From assembly GCA_947366645.1 (NCBI GenBank), contig CANBAX010000001.1:1-46568 (forward strand): a stretch of 46,568 nt of DNA, in the 5' to 3' direction. Positions within the stretch are counted from its first letter, which is position 1. The number at the start of each line of letters is the position of its first letter. The notes under the pieces were generated by a model. That model had not been told where the DNA came from. It saw only the letters and a list, made by a program, of their open reading frames with translations, and searched no databases. Made by a program: the position numbers and the translations under genes. This document shows, piece after piece, positions 1 through 9,128 of the stretch. The stretch comes from an uncultured Clostridia bacterium (GTDB taxonomy: Bacteria; Bacillota; Clostridia; Christensenellales; UBA1242).

Positions 1-1657
1 GGCCACGTATTGATATTGTTTTATTCTCCTCTTCTTCATCACCTACTATGATTAAGTATGGCACTTTCATGCTTAATGCCTCACGAATTTTATATCCGAT
101 TTTCTCGTTTCTATAATCGCCTTCACAGCGTAGATTTTTATTTCTTAATTCTTCTACTATACTTTTAGCATAATCATTATTTCTATCTGTAAGCGATAGT
201 ACCCTTACCTGCTCTGGAGCAAGCCACAAAGGAAAAGCACCAGCAAAATGCTCAATTAATATTCCGATAAATCTATCTATTGAGCCGTATATCACCCTAT
301 GAATCATAATTGGACGATGTTTCTCTCCGTCCTCACCAGTATACTCTAATTCAAACCTCTGAGGAAGTTGGAAGTCAAGTTGAATTGTACCACATTGCCA
401 TGTTCTACCAAGTGCATCTTTTAAGTGGAAGTCTATTTTTGGCCCATAAAAGGCACCATCGCCCTCATTGATTACATAATCTCTGCCAAGTTCGTCAAGT
501 GCTTCAACAAGTGCATTTGTTGCATTTTCCCAGTCCTCGTCACTTCCCATACTGTTTTCAGGGCGTGTAGAAAGTTCTATCTCATACGAAAAATTAAAGA
601 GTGTATATACCTCATCTATTAACGACACCACCCCCTTGATTTCTTCTTTTATCTGAGCTGGAGTCATGAAGATATGGGCATCGTCTTGAGTAAAGCATCT
701 TACCCTCATAAGTCCGCCAAGTTCCCCTGACTTTTCATGGCGATGTACCAGCCCTAATTCCCCTATCCTTAATGGCAAATCTCGATAGGAATGTGGGGCG
801 TTTTTATATACTAATACTCCGCCTGGGCAGTTCATAGGCTTTATAGCATAATCGGTGTCATCTATTTTTGTTGTGTACATATTGTCTTTATAATGGTCCC
901 AATGCCCCGAAGTTTCCCACAGGTGTTTTGAAAGCATAATCGGTGTCATAACCTCTTTATATCCGGCTTTTCTATGGATTTCATGCCAATAATCGATAAG
1001 CTCATTCCTTACCACCATTCCATTTGGAAGATAGAACGGAAATCCTATTCCCTCTGGTGATATCATAAACAAACCTAGTTCTTTACCTAGTTTTCGGTTA
1101 TCTCGCTTCTTTGCCTCTTGTAACATTGCTAAATATTCCGCAAGGTCTTTCTTTGTCTTAAATGCATATACGTACACACGTTGTAGCATTTTATTCTTCT
1201 CGCTTCCACGCCAGTATGCGCCATTTACGCTATGAATTTTGAATCCATATGCTTGTAATTTATTGGTGCTTTCTACATGAGGGCCGCGGCACAAATCAAC
1301 AAAGTCGTCACCGGTGTAATATAAAGAGACCTCTTCACTTTCTGGAAGTTCTTTGATTATTTCTTCCTTATACTCGTTTCCAGCAAAAAGGCGAAGTGCC
1401 TCTTCTTTTGTCACCACCTTTTTTGTAAACTTTTCGCCTTTATTTATTATCTGTGTCATTATCTTTTCTAGTGCAGGAAAATCCTCAGGTGTAAGTGCTT
1501 TATCAAGGTCGATATCATAATAAAAGCCGTCCTCAATAGCAGGACCTATTGTCAGTTTGCATTGTGGATATGTTTGAGTTATCGCTTTCGCAAGAATATG
1601 AGCAAGTGAATGCCTTGCTATTTCCAAATCTTTATCAACAATTTTTTCAAGTTTCAT
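1..1657 (-). CDS. thrS: threonine--tRNA ligase; C-terminal end runs off the left window edge
   Basis: My own minus-strand translation from ATG 1657..1655 (GGAG RBS about 6 nt upstream) gives MKLEKIVDKDLEIARHSLAHILAKA...YAIKPMNCPGG...VHRHEKSGELGGLMRVRCFTQDDAHIF...LWLAPEQVRVL. These are ThrRS editing-domain and class II motifs. The frame stays open to position 1, which is why it is absent from the ORF track. A T-box leader lies upstream. Confidence 0.9.
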   Translation of the reverse strand, partial: MKLEKIVDKDLEIARHSLAHILAKAITQTYPQCKLTIGPAIEDGFYYDIDLDKALTPEDFPALEKIMTQIINKGEKFTKKVVTKEEALRLFAGNEYKEEIIKELPESEEVSLYYTGDDFVDLCRGPHVESTNKLQAYGFKIHSVNGAYWRGSEKNKMLQRVYVYAFKTKKDLAEYLAMLQEAKKRDNRKLGKELGLFMISPEGIGFPFYLPNGMVVRNELIDYWHEIHRKAGYKEVMTPIMLSKHLWETSGHWDHYKDNMYTTKIDDTDYAIKPMNCPGGVLVYKNAPHSYRDLPLRIGELGLVHRHEKSGELGGLMRVRCFTQDDAHIFMTPAQIKEEIKGVVSLIDEVYTLFNFSYEIELSTRPENSMGSDEDWENATNALVEALDELGRDYVINEGDGAFYGPKIDFHLKDALGRTWQCGTIQLDFQLPQRFELEYTGEDGEKHRPIMIHRVIYGSIDRFIGILIEHFAGAFPLWLAPEQVRVLSLTDRNNDYAKSIVEELRNKNLRCEGDYRNEKIGYKIREALSMKVPYLIIVGDEEEENKTISIRG

Positions 1658-1691
1658 ATAATACTCCTTCTTAAATATATTTTTAGGCGTG

Positions 1692-1907
1692 AGATTTCTC
1701 CGCTCCACTTCGTTTCGGTCGAAATGACAGTGTAGTAAGGACAGGTTTCGGTCGAAATGACAGTAGCTTAGCCGCTTTTTTCGCTACGCTGGATTCTTCG
1801 ACTACGCTTACGCTTCGCTCAGAATGACAAGATGGGCTTTACGCTGTGCTGGATTCTTCACTTTGCTCAGAATGACAAGGGTGGAGTGAGTTTCGGTCGA
1901 AATGAAA
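1692..1907 (+). repeat. mosaic repeat cluster R1, inside the thrS 5' UTR
   Basis: A unit 1692-1729. Short unit GGTCGAAATGACA 1750-1762. Two B/C-type units ending CTCAGAATGACA (1763-1829, 1830-1877). Degenerate short unit 1895-1907. Confidence 0.9.
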
Positions 1908-1916
1908 GTGTAGAAT

Positions 1917-2115
1917 AAAAAAAACGCCCTTAAAAAACTTTAAGGACGATGTGTTAAACCGCGGTTCCACCTTAATTGCAAAATTACTTTTGCCTCTCAA
2001 TTTTTTGCATATCTTCATAAAAGTGGTTTCATTTGATTTTCCGCTTAGGTTTTTCACCAGCCAACCCTTCTCTGTACGCTTCCAATTAAACTACTTGTCT
2101 TTCACTAATGCTTAT
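1917..2115 (-). promoter_or_regulatory. T-box riboswitch leader (Thr-specific candidate) with intrinsic terminator
   Basis: The minus strand reads AAGGTGGAACCGCGG (1959-1971 region), which is the T-box core. A terminator hairpin CGTCCTTAA/TTAAGGGCG plus T-run follows (1917-1949). AGAGA and GGTGAAA stem I motifs are present, as are ACC (Thr) triplets in a GAAACCA context. It sits upstream of thrS. Confidence 0.8.
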
Positions 2116-2121
2116 GCCAGT

Positions 2122-2150
2122 ATATTAGCACTTTGTTTATTTTTTGTCAA
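2122..2150 (-). promoter_or_regulatory. sigma-A-type promoter of the thrS T-box leader
   Basis: Minus strand: TTGACA (2150-2145), 17-nt spacer, TAATAT (2127-2122). Confidence 0.6.
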
Positions 2151-2203
2151 CTGAAATTATTAGGTTTTTTAAATTTATAACCTTTGATAATTTTCACAAA
2201 AAT

Positions 2204-2971
2204 TTACTGCTTTTTAAGTTGCGAAAACTGACATTGTGTTTTTACTACTATGCGTTGTTCATATAATCGTTCAAGAAGGCTGGTTGTATTATTTACTGCG
2301 TTACAATACAGATTTATCTTTTGAGGCGACAAGTCTATTATTGAAGAGATTAATCCCTCATCATTAAAGGTCTTATTTTGATACTGTCCCCTCTCTCCGT
2401 TTTGCATTTCAAGAAATATTTTATAGCCCTCTTCATCTTCAATTATATTGACTTCATCTTCACAAATATCTAAATTATCTACTAAAAATTTTAATAAATC
2501 ATTAAATGCATCTGCACTTATTAAATAATCCCTATTTTCATTTGCAAGAGCAACTAATTCAGTCCATTTATTTTTAAGATTTTTAAGTTTGAATTCGTAA
2601 AACGACTCTAGATACAAGTCACTTTCAAAGGACAAATTTTTTTGGATTATATAATAATCTGTTTCTCTATCAAAATTGAGTAGTGCCTTCTTGAAAGCAA
2701 GTACTCCCATTTTATCATGTTGTGGTAAAAATAAAAACTTGTCTAAAAATGACGATTTATAATATGTGCATATGACCTCAGTTATAAATCTGGATAGAGT
2801 TTTTTCTAACTGCTCTCGACTTACTTCATTTACACCTATTAATATTCTTGTATATCCATTTTCTTTATGAGAGGTTACTACTCCTCCTGTCTGCTTTACT
2901 ATTACTTTTATGTTGCTTAAAAGATATTTCGCTAACTCCTCGTTAGATAAATTTAAGGAAAACTCCCACAT
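2204..2971 (-). CDS. YtxC-like sporulation protein (putative)
   Basis: 255-aa ORF. The segment LESFYEFKLKNLKNKW and the position directly upstream of thrS match the YtxC family and the ytxC-thrS synteny as I remember them. No search was run. Confidence 0.5.
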   Translation of the reverse strand: MWEFSLNLSNEELAKYLLSNIKVIVKQTGGVVTSHKENGYTRILIGVNEVSREQLEKTLSRFITEVICTYYKSSFLDKFLFLPQHDKMGVLAFKKALLNFDRETDYYIIQKNLSFESDLYLESFYEFKLKNLKNKWTELVALANENRDYLISADAFNDLLKFLVDNLDICEDEVNIIEDEEGYKIFLEMQNGERGQYQNKTFNDEGLISSIIDLSPQKINLYCNAVNNTTSLLERLYEQRIVVKTQCQFSQLKKQ

Positions 2972-3095
2972 AAAAATCTCCTTTCTATGCCTATTCTATG
3001 CAGTCGTTTAAAAAAAACTCAAAAAAAAACATTCTTTTATGTTATTTTTGCTAAATAATTTGACAAATATTATAAAAATAACTAATAATATTGGT

Positions 3096-3809
3096 ATGAA
3101 AAAGTTTAAATTCTTTAATTTAACATTACTTCTCTTAGTTTGTATCACCTTTTTTGCGGGGTGCAGCGAAACTAAGTATTTTTCTATTTCTACCAAAAGC
3201 AGCAACTCCGAAATTGGCACTGGAAACGGCAGTATTAATAAAACTTGGGCAGAAGGAAGTGAGCTTAACCTTATTGCAACTTCAAAAAATGAAGACAAAT
3301 TCCCATTTATTTGCTGGGTAAAAGATGGCACAAAGGTTTATTCTACCCAAAGTAACACCCGCCTTAAAGTGAGTGCTGACACTGAAGGTGTATACACCGC
3401 AGTGTTTAGTGAAGGCGAAGACAATATAAACGGTATGATGTACGCCGCTCTTACAAACATTACTTATCCTGCTTCTGATTTTACTAACATTTATTATACC
3501 GTAAGATACGCACCTGAAAAAAATGCCGGCATGGAAATACTTCACTGCGAAGGCGAGTCACAAGAAACAAGTATGAACACCTTTTCTGACAATGTTTTCT
3601 GTCTTTTAGAGGACACTCAACTTAAAGGATACATTTTCAGTCTTACTATTACAACTGTCAAAAGTAATGGAGATGAAGAGATAACTACCTTTAAAAATAT
3701 AAAATTAAGTAATAACTTATTTAATGGCAGTGAATACAAATATCAAGATGAATTTAATAGATTCTCACTCACCTTCTCAAAACTTTCAAAACAGCTTTTA
3801 GCACAATAA
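3096..3809 (+). CDS. putative lipoprotein with Listeria-Bacteroides (InlB B-type) repeat-like region
   Basis: ORF 3039..3809. ATG 3096 gives MKKFKFFNLTLLLLVCITFFAGC, a signal peptide plus lipobox. A terminator follows. Confidence 0.65.
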   Translation: MKKFKFFNLTLLLLVCITFFAGCSETKYFSISTKSSNSEIGTGNGSINKTWAEGSELNLIATSKNEDKFPFICWVKDGTKVYSTQSNTRLKVSADTEGVYTAVFSEGEDNINGMMYAALTNITYPASDFTNIYYTVRYAPEKNAGMEILHCEGESQETSMNTFSDNVFCLLEDTQLKGYIFSLTITTVKSNGDEEITTFKNIKLSNNLFNGSEYKYQDEFNRFSLTFSKLSKQLLAQ

Positions 3810-3838
3810 AAAATCCATGCTAATACATGGATTTTTTG
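3808..3838 (+). terminator. rho-independent terminator
   Basis: ATCCATG-ctaata-CATGGAT followed by TTTTTT. Confidence 0.8.
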
Positions 3839-3855
3839 CTGAAAACTATAAAAGA

Positions 3856-3984
3856 TTATCTGCTACAAGATTTTGTAGAATTCTTTGTGTGAGACATTTT
3901 AGATGACTCTGCTTTTGCCTCGCTTCCTGCTTCCACTTTGTTCTTTGTTGTAGCTTTCTCTTTCTTGTTACGCTTACCGAACAT
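3856..3984 (-). CDS. small basic protein, 42 aa (hypothetical)
   Basis: Below the ORF-track cutoff. GGAGGTG lies 6 nt upstream of ATG 3984. Translation: MFGKRNKKEKATTKNKVEAGSEAKAESSKMSHTKNSTKSCSR, stop TAA at 3858..3856. Confidence 0.35.
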   Translation of the reverse strand: MFGKRNKKEKATTKNKVEAGSEAKAESSKMSHTKNSTKSCSR

Positions 3985-4132
3985 AGTTTTCACCTCCTAT
4001 TTTCAAGGTCATTCACCTTGTATATATAGGTTGGGCATTTTTTCTTTTTTTATACATTGTTGTGGGAAGGTATGGCTTGTAGAAATAGGTTTAATAGCTG
4101 CGTCTTCTGCTATGGACGAAATAATGGAGGAT

Positions 4133-4229
4133 AGATTTCTCCGCTTCGGGCTATCGCCCTTCGGTCGAAATGACATAATAAAAAAATGGCTTCGGTCGAA
4201 ATGACGAGGTAAGTGAGGTCGAAATGACA
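4133..4229 (+). repeat. mosaic repeat cluster R2
   Basis: A unit 4133-4175 (inner hairpin GGGCTATCGCCC). Short units 4194-4206 (ends ATGACG) and 4217-4229. Confidence 0.9.
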
Positions 4230-4242
4230 AGATTATTTGGCA

Positions 4243-4270
4243 ACAAAAAAAGATGCTTTCGCATCTTTTT
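4243..4270 (-). terminator. rho-independent terminator downstream of the DUF1292 gene
   Basis: AAGATGC-tttc-GCATCTT flanked by an A-run and a T-run (bidirectional shape). Confidence 0.75.
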
Positions 4271-4288
4271 ACTTTTTGATTTAACAAA

Positions 4289-4723
4289 TTACTTTGTTGT
4301 CTTTTTGCCGGCAGTTTTTCCTGCTGTCTTTGCTGGAGTTTTCTTCTCTGCTTGTTTTTTTGTTGTTGTTTTCTTAGCAGGTTTTTTAGCTGATGCCTCT
4401 TCAAGAAGGTCATAATATTTATCAAATACTGATATTGCAATTTCCTCATTTTCTTCTACGCGAAGCACTGTATTGCCTTGTTTATCTTGCTCGCAAACGA
4501 ATACTACTGCTTCGTCATCTGCAATACCCTCTACCTTATCTATTGGCTTTAATACTACATAGAGTTTTCTATCATTTTCCAAATCGTAAGGAATTATCGC
4601 TACCTGCTCAAAACTTATCTGTCTACCATTCTCATCTTGTAATACTATTGGCTCTCTATTTTCTTGGTCGAGTAGTATATCAAGTAAATCTAGTGGTTGT
4701 TTTGCTTGTTCTTTCTTTTCCAT
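4289..4723 (-). CDS. DUF1292 (YrzB-like) protein with Lys/Ala/Thr-rich C-terminal tail
   Basis: 144 aa. The FEQVAIIPYD...KLYVVLKPID...DEAVVF pattern is typical of DUF1292. It lies directly downstream of ruvX, as in Bacillus yrrK-yrzB. Confidence 0.75.
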   Translation of the reverse strand: MEKKEQAKQPLDLLDILLDQENREPIVLQDENGRQISFEQVAIIPYDLENDRKLYVVLKPIDKVEGIADDEAVVFVCEQDKQGNTVLRVEENEEIAISVFDKYYDLLEEASAKKPAKKTTTKKQAEKKTPAKTAGKTAGKKTTK

Positions 4724-4725
4724 TT

Positions 4726-5154
4726 TTATTCTCCCTTTTTATTATTCACAAATGTTTGCAAAATTATTTGTGCAGATATTTTATCGATGATTTCCTTTCG
4801 CTTTTCCCTTCGCACCTTGCTTTGAATTAATATCTCTTCTGCTTCCGCCGAGGTTAAGCGTTCATCTACATAGTGAACTTTGACACCTGAAAAACTGGCT
4901 AACTTTTCCCCAAACTCACGATGTAGTTTAGCACGCTCTCCCTCACTTCCGTCCATATTTAGCGGAAGCCCTAGGGCAACTTCATCTACATTACAAGTTT
5001 TTATGATTTGGGCAATATGGGTTATTGCGTCCTCCTGTCCCACATTTTTGTATACCTCATAAGGACTACAAATGATATTTAGCGGGTCGGTAAGCGCTAT
5101 TCCTATCCTCACATCTCCATAATCTATTCCCATTTTTCTATGTCTATCTGCCAT
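4726..5154 (-). CDS. ruvX: Holliday junction resolvase-like nuclease RuvX/YqgF
   Basis: MGIDYGDVRIGIALTD...LPLNMDGSEG...DERLTS motifs. The start may be the internal ATG at 5133. Confidence 0.9.
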   Translation of the reverse strand: MADRHRKMGIDYGDVRIGIALTDPLNIICSPYEVYKNVGQEDAITHIAQIIKTCNVDEVALGLPLNMDGSEGERAKLHREFGEKLASFSGVKVHYVDERLTSAEAEEILIQSKVRREKRKEIIDKISAQIILQTFVNNKKGE

Positions 5155-5201
5155 TTCACTATTTTTATTATAACCTTTATTTTCCTTGTAGTCAAACGAT
5201 T

Positions 5202-7727
5202 TTACTTACATTCGTACAAGTTTTTTCCCTTTCCTACCGTTGCAACAAGTGGCACTTTGAGTTTTACTACATTCTCCATTTCACGACGAAGAAGTTTTTC
5301 CACCTCTTCTTCCTCACCTTTATAGGTATCAATAATAAGCTCGTCATGAATCTGTAAAATTAACTGACTTTTTTTGCCTTTTAGTGCCTTCTGCACATTT
5401 ATCATTGCGAGTTTTATTATATCTGAGGCACTTCCCTGCATTGGCATATTCATTGCCACCCTTTGCCCAAAGCTGCGAGTTTGATATTTTGATGAGGAAA
5501 GTTCGGGTATTCTTCTAATTCGACCAAACATGGTTTTTATATAACCTGCTTTTGTCGCTTCCTCAACATTTTTTTCCATAAATTCTTTTACTTTTGGATA
5601 CCGCGAAAAATATGAATCAATATATGATTTTGCTTTTGCCCTTGAACTTTTTATATTTTGACTTAAGCCATAATCGCTTATTCCATATATTATACCAAAA
5701 TTTACCGCCTTCGCTTCCCGTCTTTGGTCGGCTGTTGGCTTACTTACCCCGAAGATTTGGCAAGCCGTCAAAGTGTGAATATCCTCGCCGCGTTTATATG
5801 CCTCGATTAAATGTTCCTCCCCAGACATATCTGCCAAAAGTCTAAGTTCAATTTGGTTATAATCGGCTGAGATTAAACTTCCGCCCTCAAACTTAGATTC
5901 AAAAATTTTGCGTAGCTCCCGCCCCTCTTCGTCACGTGTTGGTATGGTTTGAAGGTTTGGCTCGCTGCTGGAAAGCCTGCCTGTACTTGTTAATGCCTGA
6001 TTAAAGGTGGTGTGGATTATATTCCCGCCTTCCTTACACAATTTTTTATAAACATCTATATATGTGTTTTTGAGTTTTGAAAGTTTACGATGTTTTAGTA
6101 TTAAGTCCACTATTGGTATATATCTTACTTCTTCAAGCACTCCCACCGCGGTGGACTGCTTTTTATTATTCCATGTTTCTATTTTAAGTTTATCAAATAG
6201 TACACTTGCGACCTGTTTTGGCGAATTGATATTAAATTCTTCTCCAGCTATCTCATAAATTTCTTTAGAAAGTTTTTCAAGACGTATTGTATAATCACTA
6301 TCTAGGTCATCAAGTTTCCTTTCATTGATTTGAAAGCCACTTTCTTCCATTTCTACTAAGATTTCAACAAGCGGAAGTTCTATTTCCTCGTATACCTTAT
6401 TTAGCCCTTCCTCTTTAAGCGTTTCCATGTAGTTATTGTACAAATCATAATAACCTGAGGTTTCCGAAGTTATCTCCCCATTTTTTAAACCTGCACTTAT
6501 TAAATAATGCGCAAGTGATAAATCAAAATAATTTACAAATTTAATTCCAAGTTTCTTTAAATAATGCAAGTCACTCTTTGCATCAATAGTTAATTTCACT
6601 ACATTTTTATCTTCAAATATTGGTTTTAATATTTGGCAGGCCTGTTCGAGTGAAAGTTCACTACCGAACATTGTGTAATTATCATTTAGATAGTATTCTT
6701 TATCTTTATTAAAAGCAAAGGTCATCTTTTTTAAGTTATATGCAAAAGATTTCTCCGCTACGGTCGAAATGACAGATGAAGAGGTGGTCGAAATGACAAA
6801 GGAAGAAACAAGATTTTGCAAAGTCTCATGAGAAAGTTCCTCACGTTCTGCTTTTTTTATTGGCGAGATGGTTTTACCAAACAGGCTATTATTTTTTACA
6901 AGGGAGGAAAAATCCCATTTTACAAAAAATTCATGCACTCTTTCATTAAATGGAAATTTAAGTTTACACTCTTCAATATTGAAAGGAAAATCGCAGTCTG
7001 TTTTAATTGTCGCAAGTGTTTTGGAAATATCGGCGTCTTCTTTACCGTCAATTAATTTTTCTTTGAGTTTTCCATTTATTTTATCAATATTTTCATATAT
7101 TCCATTGATATCGCCATACTCTTCAAGAAGTGAATACGCCGTCTTTTCCCCTATACCTTTTACTCCTTTTATATTATCGCTTGTATCCCCCATTAGGCCT
7201 TTTAGTTCAATTACCTGACTTGGAGATAGGTTGTACTCCTCTTGTAAGACCTTTAAGTCCACCTTCTTAACCTCAGTAACACCCTTCTTTGTAAGCCAAA
7301 CAAAGGTGTTTTCATTGATAAGTTGTAGTAAATCCCTATCCCCTGAAAGAAGTATTTTTTCACAGTCACAGTTTTTGGTAAGCGTACCTATGATATCATC
7401 GGCCTCTATATTTTCATACTCGAAGGTCTTGATGTCCATAGTTTGCAACATCTCTTTTATTACCGGAAATTGAGTTATAAGTTCTGGCGGAGTAGGCTTT
7501 CTTTGACCTTTATAATCCGCATAAATCTCATTTCGAAAGGTTTTTCTTGCATGGTCAAATGCTACCGCGATATGTGTGGGTTTTTGTTCCGTTATCAGTT
7601 TTATTAATATATTTGCAAAACCAAAAACAGCACCCGATGCCTTCCCCTCATGATTTGAGAGAAATGGGAGGGCATAGAATGCTCTGTTTGCTATACTATT
7701 TCCGTCTACTATTAGAAATTTATCCAT
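5202..7727 (-). CDS. polA: DNA polymerase I
   Basis: 841 aa. 5'-3' exonuclease N-terminus (DGNSIANRAFYA, GDRDLLQL) and family A polymerase motifs (DYNQIELRLLA, RREAKAVNFGIIYG, QIHDELI). It carries an in-frame repeat copy at 6747-6798. Confidence 0.95.
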   Translation of the reverse strand: MDKFLIVDGNSIANRAFYALPFLSNHEGKASGAVFGFANILIKLITEQKPTHIAVAFDHARKTFRNEIYADYKGQRKPTPPELITQFPVIKEMLQTMDIKTFEYENIEADDIIGTLTKNCDCEKILLSGDRDLLQLINENTFVWLTKKGVTEVKKVDLKVLQEEYNLSPSQVIELKGLMGDTSDNIKGVKGIGEKTAYSLLEEYGDINGIYENIDKINGKLKEKLIDGKEDADISKTLATIKTDCDFPFNIEECKLKFPFNERVHEFFVKWDFSSLVKNNSLFGKTISPIKKAEREELSHETLQNLVSSFVISTTSSSVISTVAEKSFAYNLKKMTFAFNKDKEYYLNDNYTMFGSELSLEQACQILKPIFEDKNVVKLTIDAKSDLHYLKKLGIKFVNYFDLSLAHYLISAGLKNGEITSETSGYYDLYNNYMETLKEEGLNKVYEEIELPLVEILVEMEESGFQINERKLDDLDSDYTIRLEKLSKEIYEIAGEEFNINSPKQVASVLFDKLKIETWNNKKQSTAVGVLEEVRYIPIVDLILKHRKLSKLKNTYIDVYKKLCKEGGNIIHTTFNQALTSTGRLSSSEPNLQTIPTRDEEGRELRKIFESKFEGGSLISADYNQIELRLLADMSGEEHLIEAYKRGEDIHTLTACQIFGVSKPTADQRREAKAVNFGIIYGISDYGLSQNIKSSRAKAKSYIDSYFSRYPKVKEFMEKNVEEATKAGYIKTMFGRIRRIPELSSSKYQTRSFGQRVAMNMPMQGSASDIIKLAMINVQKALKGKKSQLILQIHDELIIDTYKGEEEEVEKLLRREMENVVKLKVPLVATVGKGKNLYECK
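6747..6798 (+). repeat. mosaic repeat R3 inside the polA coding sequence
   Basis: Minimal A unit AGATTTCTCCGCTACGGTCGAAATGACA 6747-6774 plus short unit GGTCGAAATGACA 6786-6798. It is read through as ...FVISTTSSSVISTVAEKS... in PolA. Confidence 0.9.
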
Positions 7728-8053
7728 TGGGCTAATGCTTCCGCTCCTTCTTTACCTCCGCCTATACCAAACAAGCCTTGAAAGAAAGATGGAATGGTAC
7801 AAGTGAGGATATAAATTATTATTACAAGTGTAAGCAGTACGAAGAAGACTATTTTTAGTGGACTGCCAAAGAAATTTACAAGGGCATACAAAAATACAAG
7901 TGCAAGCCCGCCATAGTCTGCGATACCTTTAAGTATTTTTCCCCATGTGTCCCAAGCCATTATCGCAGTTTCGCCCAGTATATTAAACATACATAATACA
8001 GCGACATATACGATTACCAGCACGGAAAGAATAAAATATATTATTGTTTTCAT
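7712..8053 (-). CDS. small integral membrane protein (hypothetical)
   Basis: 113 aa with about three hydrophobic helices. The 3' end overlaps the polA start by 16 nt. Confidence 0.5.
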   Translation of the reverse strand: MKTIIYFILSVLVIVYVAVLCMFNILGETAIMAWDTWGKILKGIADYGGLALVFLYALVNFFGSPLKIVFFVLLTLVIIIYILTCTIPSFFQGLFGIGGGKEGAEALAQWINF

Positions 8054-8116
8054 TTTGCTCCTTTGTTTATCTCAATTTTAGCATACTTTTCTTGTTATTC
8101 AAAATGATTTTAGAAC

Positions 8117-9127
8117 TTACTCTTTCTCCTTATCCTTCTTTTTTGTACGCTTTAACGCTTTTTCTTTGTTTTTAAGTGGTTTTATCTTCTTGGGTTTCTT
8201 CTCTTTTTTAGTTTTGACTTTTTTATCCTTTTTAGTCTTTGTTTTCTTAGTTCTTTTTGTCTTTTTGATTTTTGTTGGCACCGTGCCGTCATCAGGCAGG
8301 CTCTCTTTTAGACATTCTGGATTTGACATTATATCCTCTATTATTCTAAGAGATTTACCCATATACAGTCCGTCGGCAATACGCTCATCAAGTGATATAC
8401 CTAGATTCATAATTTTTGCTATCGACAATTCTTTGTTATTTACAACTACTGGCTCCATTTTCTCTTTACCCATAGAAATGAAAATACTGGTAGTACCAAA
8501 GTTATACAAGTGATGATAAACATACTTCAATTTAATTGACTTGAGATTTGTCACAAAGCAACTGGTATGAAATGGACTTGCTTTTGCAAATAATTTACCA
8601 AGCAAACCATGTCTATCACAAAATCTTATCACTGCCATTGCCCAGCGGAACATCCAGTCAGGCATATGAGTGAATACTGATGCTACTTCTGTAGTGGCGT
8701 GGTCATCGCTTGCCATATTTTTTGCGATTTCTTCGTCTACTATCTTTTTAACTTCATATATGCTCTCTCTGCCTGTGAATGGGAACTTTAAGGTCATAGA
8801 CTCGCCTTCATCAGTACGCATTTCTTTTTTAACATCTAAGGAGATGAATATTCCCTTTCTTTGATAAGTTGAGCCGCGCATGATAAATCTATTGAGTTTT
8901 GGTCGCATATATAACACCCTAACTATAGTCGCAAAAACTATATCCATATATGTAAAATGCGTGCCTGTCTTTCTTTCATCTGCCAAAAACTTATCTATAT
9001 TTGCACATGGTACTTTTACATTTATATAATTGACTGCGTCAATACGCTGAGGCATAAAAAATGGCCCCGCCTTATCAATTACATTCATTCCTTTTACTTT
9101 CTTCCCGTCGTATCTATGTCCGAACAT
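8117..9127 (-). CDS. CAT-like acyltransferase (2-oxoacid dehydrogenase E2 catalytic-domain family) with Lys-rich tail
   Basis: 336 aa. SLDERIADG resembles the DHRxxDG catalytic motif of the E2/CAT fold. GGAGAGG RBS. The C-terminal roughly 60 aa are poly-Lys/Thr. Confidence 0.5.
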   Translation of the reverse strand: MFGHRYDGKKVKGMNVIDKAGPFFMPQRIDAVNYINVKVPCANIDKFLADERKTGTHFTYMDIVFATIVRVLYMRPKLNRFIMRGSTYQRKGIFISLDVKKEMRTDEGESMTLKFPFTGRESIYEVKKIVDEEIAKNMASDDHATTEVASVFTHMPDWMFRWAMAVIRFCDRHGLLGKLFAKASPFHTSCFVTNLKSIKLKYVYHHLYNFGTTSIFISMGKEKMEPVVVNNKELSIAKIMNLGISLDERIADGLYMGKSLRIIEDIMSNPECLKESLPDDGTVPTKIKKTKRTKKTKTKKDKKVKTKKEKKPKKIKPLKNKEKALKRTKKKDKEKE

Positions 9128-9128
9128 T

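Noticed and set aside
8117-8300. The lysine-rich C-terminal tails of the CAT-like acyltransferase and of the DUF1292 protein (4289-4390) could be a shared functional module or repeat-derived.
   Set aside because: The underlying DNA is simple A/G-rich low-complexity sequence with no similarity to the repeat family or between the two genes beyond composition. I did not pursue it further.
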